Assembly: GCA_016748015.1 (NCBI GenBank)
Contig: JAAOMT010000761.1
Span: 49,331 to 113,330 of the forward strand
DNA: 64,000 bases
Direction: 5' to 3'
DNA from: Geosiphon pyriformis uo1
Lineage: Eukaryota > Fungi > Glomeromycota
Part shown: positions 38,130 to 51,765 of the stretch, one piece after another
How the letters are laid out: each line of letters opens with the position of its first letter
Position numbering within the stretch: position 1 is the first letter of the stretch
The notes under the pieces: generated by a model
The model's input: only the letters and a program-made list of their open reading frames with translations
Databases searched by the model: none
Told to the model about the DNA's origin: nothing
Program-made: the position numbers and the translations under genes

Positions 38130-41100
38130 GTAAATTGACTAATTCAATCTTTCCTAATTTACAAAGTGTTGTTTCTGCCTTAAAAATCTGGACCTGATTT
38201 TTTATTTTTCTTTCTATAACTACCATATACTGATCATATGGTAAAATAGAAATTGATTGACAGGTGGAGATAATTTCTCTTTTGTCAAAAATTTTTTCCT
38301 CTGCCATATTAACTAGTACATTTATTTTATTCATGGATTCAAAACTTTGGATTCCTTTAGCTGTCATTTCTAACTCCTCTCTGTTTCTTACTAATACTAA
38401 TTGAGCTATTTTAATCAAAGACAAAAATATTGTCTGTGCTATCTTTTTATTTGGTTCTATGATATAGGCCTTTTCTGAATTATTTTGTAGTATTGTAATG
38501 ATATTTCCTATATATCTTGTGTCAATTATTCCTCCTCTGATGTTAATTCTCTTTTTTGCTAAACTATTCTAGATGCTAACTGAACTATTGTTGTTGCTGA
38601 GATTTTCAGTAGTATTTTCAGATTAATGCAAGTATGTAAATGTGGTTCTAATTTAATAGCATCCTTTCTTAAATATCTCAGATCAAACTCTACATTGGTA
38701 TCATGTGCACATTTTGGCATAATATCATTATTATTATTATTAAACTATTTCAGTTTCTGCTTCTTGGCAAGATCAGGGAGCACAATGTATTGTTTAGAGT
38801 TTAAATCCGAGTTTAAATTGTCATTGTTATTGCTGTTGCTATTTTGGATGGAACTGGAACTATTGTTTTTGTTATTATCATTGTCAGAGTTTGAATTGGG
38901 ATTGAAAATTGATTCCAATTCTGATATATAACTACTGATTGGTTTGTTTTCTTCTGGAATTATGTAGATTATGCATGGTAGTAGATTGTAAATAAGGTCA
39001 CACTTATTACAATATTGAAAGTTACATGGGATCAAATAGTAATTACATAGTCAGATGTTTATTTCTTCCAACTGTTGTTCTTATTTTTTTCGAGTGGGTG
39101 CTAATTCTTGGTAGTGCTCATGAAATTGTTTTGGGTCTATAGATTCTAAGATAATATCTGAGTTTGGGTCCCAGTCAAGTTTTATGGATTCTGGTGGGTT
39201 GTTTTTGATTGTCTTTATTTCTTTTGGTAATGCTTCTTTGATTTTGGCAAGTGCTATTCACCAGATTTTGTCATTATTATGTGGACAACTGTCCAGACAT
39301 TTTATTGCTTTTTTTCAGGTGGCTTCTATTGGTGTCTCTTTTTTTACCCAATTACTTATTAAAATTATGTACTAACACAATTTATCATATGTTTTTCTTT
39401 TTTCAAAAATGTCATTCCACATTCTTTCATTGAAGAGAGTTTCACCACAAGTCAAACATAGTTTGTTGTTCTATTTTTCTTGTTTCTTTGGTTTTCCAAA
39501 GCATTCTAGGACATATAAGTGGCAGTAAAATTTGGTTGCTGTAAAGTATTCCTCATTATTGCCATAGCATGTGCCCATTGATAACAATTTTTTGTTACAA
39601 TCAACACATACCAGTTCAGTTGGTAATAGTTAGACTGGTATAATAACAAGTAAGTATATGATGTATAAGTGGTAGTAGTGGCTGGTGCTGATTCTTTTTC
39701 TTTCTTCTTTCTTTTCCCTTTTTCTTCCCAAGTCTAAATTGGTAACTGCTCACTTTGATTGTCATTATTTCAATAACTTTGATTGGTTTCTTAAGTAAGT
39801 TCTTCTTTTCTTCTTTTCTTTTCTTTGTTGTCCTATAATAGTATCAGTGATAATTTGTTGTAATCAGCATTGGCCCAGGAAACTTAATACACTTTTCAGA
39901 TAGGTTTTTTCTCTTCATTATCAAACTTGATAAGTGGTGCTGGTGTGTTGTTACTGGGTTTGAAATGACCATATATTGCTAATACTTGTGTGTATTGTCT
40001 GTTCTGACTGAATTACAATTCCTGAGTGGTCCAGTCGAGTATTATATTTGTTTTGGACAACCAGTTATTATCAACCAGTGCTTGATACTGAGTGACTTTC
40101 ATGACTAATATCTTGATGAGTACAATAATGTTATTGATTTCTATAAGAAGGTTATCAATCTTGCCAATTGGAGTTTTGGTCATTCTATCAGCTATTATGA
40201 TTCTGGCACTGGCAATGTGATTAACTTAGTGACCTAATTGGTCCATGAGTTGTCATGTGATAATGCTGCCTGCTGACCCATTATCTAATATGAGTTTAAT
40301 AAAGTGACCCTCAACTTTAGCATCAGTGTACATAGTGGTGATTGGTTTTTCTTTGAGTGCAGCTCTACTGAACAACAGTGTAGATAACAGTTTCTCAAGT
40401 TTGAACAGGAAAATTGCTGCTAGTGATTTGTTATTGGTAATGGTAGCTGGAGGTATGTTGCTGGTGAGTGGTTGTGTTTGGTTGATTTTTAAGTTATTGG
40501 ATAAGACGTTTTTTGGGGTTACTAAAAGACTTAAATAGTATTGAAAATTTGGGTTTTGGATGTACTCAGTGCCCAAATTCTACTGTTAAGATTTTGATGG
40601 TTGTGTTGAAGAACTGGAAATCAGTTAATGAACTACTATTGCTGATCTCCAGTTTTGTTGTGTTATTCTCGGCCTTTGGATTCTATTTTAAGATAAGTTT
40701 TGTAGCAGTGTTTGAATTTGTGAAGGCTAATATAGCATTTAGAACTGTGGTTAATAAATAGATTGTGGCTATGGCTGATAAATTATGGGTGTTGTTAGTT
40801 AATAAATTGGAGCTTGATATACTGGTAATTGATATATTGGCTGTGGTATTATTTGGGTGTAATGAAGTGAGTATTAATCTTGATTTGGGTATTGATTCGG
40901 AGTTTGAAACCAGCAATTAGAGTTTTGATATTGATTTTCTGATTGTTGGTTGTCTATTTTTAACCTGCAATTGATTCTCAGATGTTCTTATTTATCACAG
41001 TAGTGGCAAATACACATCTTCTGCTACTACTGTTGATTGGTTAAGAAGGATGGATATGACTAATTCTGGAAACAATTTATGTTTTCTTAATTATTGCATC

Positions 41101-41237
41101 ATTGTGAAAGTTGATAAATTGCCTGATTGTTAGCTAAGTATCCCTCTAATTTTTGATTAATGAAATCACTAAATTGTTTCAACTTTGAGTCTAATTTAGA
41201 TAATCCATTCATCATTAGATTGACAGCTTGAGCATGG
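38130..41237 (-). pseudogene. A gag 3' part, protease, Cys-rich domain, dUTPase
   Basis: Knuckle CHYCDK*EHLRINC (~40965-41010), LILDNGSAGSII, PCNFQYCNKC, EFDLRY..SSLAKKRIN..IAQ. Confidence 0.9.
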
Positions 41238-42087
41238 TATTACTTATAAAATATAGAAAATATATTAGCATATAAATTAGCCAATCAGAAGTAGGCACAG
41301 TAGATATAAAATTTCAGGATTTCTCTCAATAGGAATTACAGAATTCCAAAAATTTCAGAATTCTTATACAAGGAATTGCAGGATTCCAGAATTTCAGAAT
41401 TCTTTTCAAAAGAAATTGCAAAATTTCAGGAATTTCAAGATTCTTGATGTGAGAAATCAAGAAATTAAGAAATCTCAATTATGTATATATAACAATAGTA
41501 TTAAAAGTAGAAAAAATGGATTTTTCAGTTTAGATTTGATTTAAGCAATCCCCTAATTTATAATTATTAATAAATAACTATTCAATATTCTAATCTACTT
41601 TTTACTATTAACACTTCATGTTGATAGTTTTGAATACTTAACTATGCTGGAACAATAGTTCTTAATTATAATTATTGACAAGATACTAACTATTATTGCC
41701 TTGGCTTATTCTTTATTTTCTTTTCTTTTATTTTTCTTTTGTTATTTTTTTTGTTTACTAACTTGATTAAAAAGATTTATGTGCAGAGGTATTAACGTCA
41801 GAATATAGCACTGGTAAAAGACCCAAAAATAAGGGTAGACATTTGGGATTGAGAATATTTTATCAGGAGGATTGCTGACCATCATGCTGAGAAAAAAATT
41901 GATGAAACTGCAGTTTTGAGAAACTATGGATAAAACTATCAGTTAAATCTTTGTCTATTATACAAAGAACTCTACAACAAAACCTTCAGATCACTGAAAC
42001 TTTCAGATATCAACACCAATATAAATTGAACACCAAGTTACAGATTTGTTATTTGATTTAAGACCCCAAATAAACACCTGTAACATT

Positions 42088-42104
42088 TGGTGCTCCTTGT
42101 GAGG
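42088..42104 (+). promoter_or_regulatory. C primer-binding site
   Basis: TGGTGCTCCTTGTGAGG; complementary to a tRNA 3' end of type CCUCAC..GGAGCACCA (resembles elongator Met or Ile-UAU tRNAs; identity not established). Confidence 0.8.
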
Positions 42105-42149
42105 TATAATCCAACAGAGAAACCAATACCACAATACTCATTTGAAACA

Positions 42150-45100
42150 GTGGCAGAATTTGAAAAAACAGGAACAAACCATTTGGAATTTGCAAAATCC
42201 TTATTCTAACACTATTACACCCACCTTGGATTAATAAATAATAGTTGGCCAACAGAATCAGCTTTCAATTGCTATATCAATAAAAGAATAGTATATTATT
42301 TGAGAGGCCAAGGAAATCCAGAATCCACTTTTAACAACTTCTTTAGTGAATTGCTCCAAAGCATTACTTTTCCACAAAACTACCTATTTGCACCCCTAAT
42401 TACAGAAATAAACAGGGAAATTGAAAAATACACCAAACAGAGATTTCCTATTACTTTTGCCAATAAAAGAAAAAGAAGATTACAAACACCAGCAGGAACA
42501 TCAAAGCAAATCCAACTACCCACTTAGAAGAAACAAAGATTTGATTCATCTGCTAATTCATCATATTACCATATACTTAAAAGCACTATCAATATAATAA
42601 GCACAGCTACAGCAAACATGACAATACCACTAAATAGAATTCCATTTCAAAGTAAACAAAAAAAAGCAGAGTTATTAGGAACATACAGCAATTATTTTGA
42701 GAGATTTAAATTGTGATCACCAATGCCATCAGGAATTTGATCACCACCACCACAACCAGATTTTGGAGCTGTTAGTTCTTGAGAAATAACCAACTCTAAA
42801 GAAGAGGAGAGTAGTGATCAGGAAATTAGCAAACAAAACCTGATTCTAGAAAATTCAGAAATTAAAACTCTGGTTAATCAAACTCTGGAAAATCAGAATA
42901 ATCAAAATTCTGATGTAATTAATCAACAAAACTTACTTTCAATAATCAAGATTAATTCATTACCCATTTCACCAATTACCAAACAGCAACAACAGCCACA
43001 ACTGCTACCCCAACAACAAATTCAACAACAACCACAACAACAACCAATAGTCTACACTCCAATTGCCAAAATAGAAAAATTTACTGGTGAAAAGGATGAT
43101 GCCCAAGTATGGCTCAATAATATAGAAAAAACCATCACAGCCAATAGATGAAATAACAACAGAGCCCTTTAAGTGATTCCTTATTTTTTATAGAATACTG
43201 CCAACTTGTGGTATCAGAGTTTAGCCACTAAACCTCAAATGTTCCAGGAATTTAAAATTGCATTTTTGGGATATTTCAGTAATAATAATAGTATTAATCA
43301 CATAGCCAATGCCTTCATTACAATCAAATAGGGAAAAACTGAAGCAGTTACCACTTACTTGGAATGCTTCCACAAGAACTTGTACCAAATTCAAGCAATC
43401 CAAGCTGACTATTTTACAGTGCCACAGATTCTAAACCAGTTCATCCATGGACTGCACAGTAGCTTTTTCCAATGCATATGCCCAATGCATTCACAAACTT
43501 TCCAAAACACAGTCACCAATGCGAAAAATTTTGAATTGGCAAAACTTGAAGCAAACTATGTCCAAGCTGTTAAACTAGTCATAAATGGATTATCTAACTT
43601 GGATTCCAAATTGAAACAACTTAATAATTTAATTAATCAGAAATTGGAAAGATACTTAACTGACAATTGTGCAATTTATCAGCCATCTCAATGACATAAT
43701 AATTTCAGAAGAATAAATTGCTCTCAAAATCAGTTGTGTCTATCATCATCATCCAATCAGCAGTGACAACAAAAAATGCATATCTGTTACAATTGTGGTA
43801 AACAAGATCATTTGAGAATTGACTGCTGTGCTTATAATAATAATTCACAATCAGGAAATCAATATCAAAACCCTGATCGCTAGTTTCAAGCTTCGAATTA
43901 TCAACTCAATTCAGCATTATATCAACTGAATTACCTACCTGTGACACAACAGTCAATCTATCAACCACCAATTTATTAGTCCTCAGTACCCATTGTTTAT
44001 TAACCACAGTCCCAATTTATCTATCAGCCACAGCCTCAGGTAATCTATCAACCCCAACAAATTCAAACACTGCCACAAAACTTACCTCAAAATGAAACCC
44101 AAAGGCCAAGACTGATACAACAAAGCTAAAGATTGTTGATGGTGGTTCATTAACTGATCTCCAGTTCTTTCACACAACTATCAGGATCTCAACAATAGAG
44201 TTCAAGAACTGGATATACTCAAAACCCAAGTTCTTAGAACTATTTAAATCTTCTGGTAACCACAAAAAATGCCACATCCCACAACCTAAAAACCAAACAA
44301 AAGCAGTCACTTATCAACAATATCCCATTAGCAACTATTACTAAAGATGAATTACTTACTGCTATTTTCTCTTTTGAACTCAAAGAACTAGTCAAAACAC
44401 CACTATTCAATGGAGCCGTTCTAAAATCAAAACTCATTACTGCAATGTATACAGATGTGAAAGTTGATGGGCAGCACATAAAACCAATCCTAAACAGTAG
44501 ATCAACTGGTAATATCATCACAAGACAATTCATGGACCAATTAGGTTGCCGAGTTGATCGAGCTACCAGTGTAAAAATTATCATTACTGATGGAGTGACC
44601 AAAACTCTAATCAGCAAAATTAATAACTTTCCTATAAAAGTCAATAATATAATTATGCCAATCAAGATATTAGTTATGAAAGTGACTCAATACTAAGCAC
44701 TTGTTGGTAATAATTGATTGTTTAAAACCAATGTGACACTTGATTGGAACACACAAAAACTTGAACTCAGTCAAAACGGTCAACACACTCATGTACCAGT
44801 TATGTGTGGCCATTTCAAGACTACCAACATGCCAGCACCACTCATCAAATTCGAGAAAGAAGAAAAGAACTCTACCTAAAAAGCCTACCAAGTTTCTTGG
44901 GCCAACAAAAACCACAATAAGTTATTACCAATACTCTCTTAAGATGACAATGGAAAAAAAAAGAAAAAAAAAGAACCTAATTGGAATTTCAACCAAGCCT
45001 GGGGAACCAACAACAACCAGGAAGAGCTAATAAGTTGGGAGTAGAAGAAAAATATAAAAAAAAAAGGAAAGAGAAGAAAAGAAGAACCAATATCAACTAT

Positions 45101-48100
45101 TATTGCCACTTATATCCTATACATATATACTCCACCACAACCATCTAATTATTACTGCCCAAAACTGGTATACATTGATTGTGGCAAGAAATTGTCATTA
45201 ATGGACACATACTGTAGTGATAACAAGGAATATCAAATGGCAACTAAGTTCTATTGCTGCCCATGCTTTATTGACTGCTTTGGAAGGCCAAAACAAGTTG
45301 AAAAATGGGATAATGAGCCATGTTTGGCTTGTGGAGAAACTTTTCTTGACAAAGGAATATGGAACAACATTTCTGAGAGAGAAGAAATATGTGACAAATC
45401 ATGTCAGTATACAATTCTCATAAGCAACTGGATAAGAAAAGAAACACTTATAGATGCTGTCTGGAGACAAGCAGTCAAACGTCTGGACAGCTGTCCACAC
45501 AATGATGACAAAATATGGCAAATGACACTTGCCAAAATTGAAGGAACATCACTAAAAGAAAAAAAAACAATTAAAAATAACCCACTTGAACCCATAGAAC
45601 TTGACTGGAACCCAAAACCAGTCATAAACTTCTTAGATCTGGAACAATTCTACGAACACTACCAAGAGCTAGTACTTACAAGAGAAGAGCAGGAGCAATG
45701 CTTGGAAAAAATCAACACTCAATTATGTGATTACTGTTTGATTCCATATGACTTTCAATATTGTAATAAGTGTAACCTCATTTACAATCCACCAACATGT
45801 ATGATCTACACAATCCCAGAGGAGGAAGAACCAATCAACAGCTGTGCATTGAAATTGGAATCAAATTTTAATTTCAATTCAAACTCCAATAATAATAATA
45901 ACAAAAACAATAGTTCTAGCTCCACTTAATATAGCAAAGAAAATAATAGCAATTTGAATTCCAATTCAAACCCCAAAACATATATTATGCTTCCTAATCT
46001 CTTTAAGAAACAGGAACTCAGATAGTACAATGATAATAATAAAAATATTATGCCAGAATGGGCACATGATACTGATGCAAAGTTTGATTTAAGATATTCA
46101 GAAAAGAATCTCATCAAATTAGAACCCCATTTGCACACCTGCATTGATCTCAAAATAGCACTAGAAATTCTAGCAACATCAATAATACAGTTAGTATTTA
46201 GGAGTAGCTTAGCCAAAAAAGAAATCAACATAAGAAGAGGAATAATTGACATAGAATATGTAGAAAATATTATTGCTATGCTACAAAACAACTTGGAAAA
46301 AGCACATATTATAGATCCAAACAAAAAAATAGCACAAGCAATATTTCTACTTTTGGTAAAAATAGCTCAGTTAGTATTAATAGAAAACAGGGAGAAATTA
46401 GGGATTATAGCTAAAGAGATGCAGAGTTTTGGATCCACAGGCAGAATAGATGTATCAGTTAATATAACAGAGAAAAAAATTGTTGACAAGAGAAAAATTA
46501 TCTCCACTTGTTAACCAATTTCCATTCCACCATATGATCAGTACATGATAGTCATAGAAAGGAAAGTAAAAAATCAGATTCAGATTTTCGAAGTGGAGGC
46601 AATTTTTTGTAAAACAGTAAAGATTGGATTAGTCAATCTACACATACTAGCCAAGAACTACAATCACATCAAAATTTCCATTTACAACAACACAGAAGAT
46701 ATCATCAAAATATCAGAAGAAACTATCATTGGATATTTAACCACTGAAATTAAAGAACAATCACTAAACTCTGTTTCAAACTTTATACAACTATGTAGAT
46801 ATGTAGATATCACATCTCAAACAATATATGGACGAGAAAAATGTTATTTGCTCCAACCAGAACAATTGGAACAAATGAATATGAGGAACTTAGATTCATT
46901 TCAATAAATGCAACTCAAGATGTTACTCAACAATTTCAATGACATCTTTGCCAGCAAAAACAAATTTGACAGAACTGACATCATCCAACACCAAATCAAG
47001 ACTGAAGATGCAATGCCAATTAAACAGAGAACATACAGAGTACCACTAGCCAGCCATGAGATTATTCGTCAAGAAATCAATCAGATGCTTGACAACAGAC
47101 TAATTCAGCCATCATGGTCATTACCAGTAGTATTAGTTCAGAAAAAGAATAGGAAAATCTGATTCTGTGTAGATTACTGAAAACTGAATGGAGTAACAAA
47201 AGGAGATAGCTACTCAACTCTAAAGATCCAAAAACTTTTCAATGCTTTTGGCAGAAAAAAATGGTTCTTAACTCTAGATTTAGACAGTGGTTACTAGCAA
47301 GTAGCCATGAAACCAGAAGATAAAAAGAAAACAGCTTTTACAATCCAAGAAAGAAATTTCGAATTTGAAGTAATGCCATTCAGCTTGATAAATGCTCCAG
47401 CCACTTTTCAGCAACTTATAAAAATTGTTTATACTAAACTACTATAAAAATTAGTAGTCGTATACTTGAATGACACCAATGTGTTCTCAAAAATATTTAA
47501 TAATCATCTGCATTATCTTTAACAAGTATTTGAAAGACTCAGATAAGCAGGATTAAAACTGAATGCCAACAAATACTTCTTTAAAAAAACAGAACTCAAG
47601 TTTTTGGGACATGTTGTAAACCAAAATAGTATCAAAACAGATCCAGATAAGATCACAATAGTAAAAAACTTTTTAGTACCAATTGACTTAACAGAACTAA
47701 GAGCATTCTTGGGATTTGTGGGATATTATTGTCACTTTATCAAAGACTTTTCAAAACTGGCACAGCCACTCTATCATTTACAAACTAAGAATATAAAGTA
47801 TAAATGGACAAAAGCTCAACAAAAAGCATTCAACACACTGAGAAAAAAGCTTATTCAAGCTTCAGTACTGATCTATCCAAACCACAGTAAACTATTTATT
47901 ATTATTACTAATGTATTTGGCCAAGCATTGGGAGCAGTGTTATTACAGAAAAAACCAAATGGAAGAAAACATCCAGTAGCATATGCCAGCCAAAGTTTGA
48001 ATTCAGCTGAAAAGAACTACAGAACACCAGCATTAGAACATCTAGCAATCTATTGGACAGTCATGAAATGGAAAGAATACTTGAGCCAAAAGTTTGAAGT

Positions 48101-49151
48101 ATATACAGATCACAAAGAATTGATTTCAATTCAGAAGCAAGAATTTGGAGATGATCACCATGCAAGATAAAAAATAGCACTATCATTATATACATTTACA
48201 GTACATTATAAAAAGAGAAAAGACAATGGAAATACTGACAAATTGTCACAAATAAGACAAATCTAAAAACATTTCAAAACCAAAAATATAACAAAAGATA
48301 AATATACAAAAATACCAACAACTCCAACATTATATAAATACCCAATTATTCAAAGAAAAATTATCTTAAAAGGAACAAAGAAACATAAAACAACAATTAA
48401 AATATTTTATTAACTATCAAAATATACTTTACCGGAAAAACAGAAGAAATCCAGATCAACCAATCAGAGTAATCACAGAACCAAAGAAAGAGACAATATT
48501 ATTCAACATGCACTCAAATCTAACAGCAAAACATTTTCATAAAGAAGCAATCATAGAAAGAACCAGAAAAAGATATTATTGGCCATTAATGTATCCAAAT
48601 ATTATTCAATATGTTTAAAATTGTGATGCTTGTCAGAGAAAAAGAGGAACAAAACCCAGTAAACCATTAAGACCAATCAAAGTGGGACAACCATTCAATC
48701 ACATTTAAATTGATTTAGTCAGACCATTAACAATAATCAGTAGAGGCAACAGATATATTGCAGTAGCCATGGACTATCTCACAAAATGACCAGAAGCAAA
48801 AGCCATTCAAAAAGCAGATGCAAAATCTGTTGCTAAATTTGTTTATCAAGATTTGATCTGTTGACATGGATGTCCAAAAAAATTACTATTTGATCAAGGA
48901 ACTCACTTTGTAAACAGAACATTGACAGAATTAAGTCAAAAATTTGGGATAAAAAGACTATTATTATCACCATACCATCCACAAACAAATAGTTTAGTTG
49001 AGAAGTTCAACAGAATATTGTGTGAAGCAATAGCAAAAATCAGCCAAGAAAACCAGAACAAATGAGACTTGTTTATACCATCAGTATTATTTGCTTATTG
49101 AATAATGAAGTAAGACACTATACAAGCAACACCATTTAAATTAATATATGG
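42150..49151 (+). pseudogene. C gag-pol polyprotein, single reading frame
   Basis: ORFs at 42300, 43359, 44445, 45192, 46050, 46545, 46908 and 47604 are all in frame with GTG 42150. Knuckle CYNCGKQDHLRIDC; PR ILNSRS (from DSGS); dUTPase AKFDL/RSSLA/GIID/IAQ/SFGSTG; RT FCVDY, YLNDT; IN CDAC, DQG. Confidence 0.93.
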
Positions 49152-51765
49152 TGTTACTCATAAAATATAGAAAGTATATTAGCATATAAATTAGCCAATC
49201 AGAAGTAGCCATAGTAAATGTAGAATTTCAAGATTTCTGATGTGAAAAATTGAGGAATTAAGAAATCTCAATTATGTATATATAGCAATAGTACTAGAAG
49301 TAAAAAAAACAGAATTCTTTAGTTAAAAACCTTCTATTCACAAATATTAATAAATAATTATTCATTATTTTAATCCACTTCCCACTATTAACACTTTATG
49401 TTAATAGTAATTGATACTTAACCATGTGAGAACAATAGCTCTTGATTACAGCTATTAACAAAATACTAATTTGCAATTGCTTTCATTTATTTCTTTATTT
49501 TTTTCTTTATTTTTTTTTATTTTTCTTTCTTGTCTTTGATTTTATTGTTGTTTACTAATTAATTAAGGATTAAAGTGCTGCATTATTGACGTTACAGATA
49601 GCCTGGTAAAAGACCCAGAGATAAAGATAAGAATATATATATTAATAGATAGCTTACCAGAAGGGCATGACTGCCAGATTAAACCAGTCATTATGCTGAA
49701 AACAGAAATTGGGAAAACAACTCACCAACCAATCACATTGTTATCAAATCTCTGTCTATTATACAAAGAACTAAACTCTAAAATCTTTAGATACATCCAA
49801 CATACCAGTATTATTAGCATTATCAAGATATTGAGCACCAAGTTACAGATTTGTTATTTGATCTGAGACTCCAAATAATTATTTGTAACATTTGGTGCTC
49901 TCTGTAAGGTATAATCCTACAGAGAACCAGCACCAACAACAAGCACCCAAAAGTGGCAGAATCAGAAGTTATAGAAGCAAACCATTTAGGATTTGCCAAA
50001 GTTTTGTTTTAACAATACAGCCAACAATTAGAATTAAACAACAACTACTATCTAACAGAATCTACTTTCAACTTCTACATCAATGATAAAATCACAGACT
50101 GCTTAGGAAGAACAGTTAACATTGAATCTGCAAGAAAAAATTTCTATACAGAATATTTTCAACATACTAGTTTACCAAGAAACTACAGTTTCACACCAAT
50201 CATTAGGGAAATCAATTAAACCATTAAAAAATACACACAACAACAATTTCCAATCACCTATGCAGACAAAAGAAAAAAAAAAACTACAAACACCAACAGC
50301 AATACCAAAAAAAATCTAACCACCTACTTAGAAGAAAATTAGAGTTAAATTACCAACAAACCCATTATACCACTATACACCTGAAAGTGCCATTAACATC
50401 TCATCAATAGGCATGTCCACATCACATGTGACATCAACATTTAGATAACTCCTATTTCAAAGTAAACAAAAGAAAACAGAATTACTAGAAACCTATGGCA
50501 ATTATTTTGAAGAATTTAAATTGTGATTGCCAACACCATTAGGATTTCAATTACTACCACCTCAACCAGATTTTGGAAATGCAAGTCCCTGAGAAATAAC
50601 AGAATCAGAAGAGAAAAAAGAAGAAACCAAAGATCAAGAATTTACTTACCAGAAATCAATTCTGGAAAACTCGGACATTGAAACCCCAAACTTTCAGACT
50701 CAGCAAGATCCAAATTTAGAAAATCCAGAAATTGAAACTCCAAACTTTCAAACTTCTTAAAATCCGAACAATACAAATCCCAAAACAATTAATCAGCAAA
50801 ACTTACTTCCAGTATTTGTTATTGATCAATCACCAATTGAACCAATTTAATAGCAGCCACTTCAATCACTCCAACAATCACAGCAGCCACTTCAACAGCC
50901 ACAACAACAACTTCAACAACCAAACTTGAATCCAATGGCCTATGCTCCAATAGCAAAACTTGAAAAATTTACTGGTGAAGAAAACAACACCCAAATATAA
51001 CTCAACGATATTAAAAAAGCCATTGTGGCCAATAGATAGAATGATATGAGAGCACTTCAAGCCATTCCTTATTTCTTACAAGATACTACCAACACATGGT
51101 ATCAAAGTTTAGTCACCAAATCTCAAATATTCTAGGAATTCAAAGTTGCATTCCTGGGATATTTCAGTAATAATAACAGTATTAATTGCCTAGCCAACAC
51201 CTTCACCACAATCAAACAAGGAAAAACTGAAGCAATTACCACTTACTTGGGACATTTCCACAGGAATTTGCACCAAATCCAAGCAATTCAAGCTAACTAT
51301 TTTACAGCATCTCAGATTTTAAACCAGTTCATTTGTAGATTGTGCAGTAGTATCTTTCAATGCATATGTTCAATGCATTCCATTAATCTGTAAGCAGCCG
51401 TCACAAATGCCAGAGATTTTGAAGCTGCTAAATTAGAAACCAACCATGCCCAAGCAGTAAATCTAGTAATAAACAGATCATCTAACTTGGATTTCAAATT
51501 GAAGCAATTCAGTGAATCAATAAATCAGAAATTAGAGGGATACTTAGTTAACAATAATCAGGCAATCTATCAAACTCCACAACAATGCAATAATCAAGGA
51601 AACTCTAATTGTTTCTATAATCAATCATGTTCAACATTGTCAACCAATCAACAGTGACAACAGAAAATGCGTGTTTGTCATTATTGTGGTAAACAAGGAC
51701 ACTTACAAATTGACTGCCATCATTGCTTAATTAATCAACAATCAGAAATCAATATTGAAACCTTA
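49152..51765 (+). mobile_element. D: 5' LTR (49152-49890), PBS (49893-49909) and gag (49953-~51765) nested in C integrase; truncated
   Basis: TGTTACTCATAAAA...TTTGTAACA-TT-TGGTGCTC; MAYAPIAKLEKFTGEE at 50935; knuckle CHYCGKQGHLQIDC ~51676-51717. Confidence 0.92.

Larger units (their letters stand above)
23946..41237 (-). mobile_element. A: Ty3/gypsy-like element (3' LTR, ORF3, pol, part of gag); interrupted by B, cut at gag by C
   Basis: 3' LTR 23946-24785; pol 25489-28533 continues at 38130-41237; collinear with C, E, F. Confidence 0.92.
41238..49151 (+). mobile_element. C: Ty3/gypsy-like element nested in A gag; 5' LTR 41238-42085, PBS, gag-pol up to integrase, interrupted by D
   Basis: T(G>A)TTACTTATAAAA...CCTGTAACA-TT-TGGTGCTCC; domains collinear with A/E. 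Confidence 0.93.

Noticed and set aside
42150-49151. Alternative genetic code or stop read-through explaining in-frame stops
   Set aside because: All three stop types occur, at different positions in each copy, and accompany Asp>Asn and Gly>Arg changes at catalytic sites; this is mutational decay.
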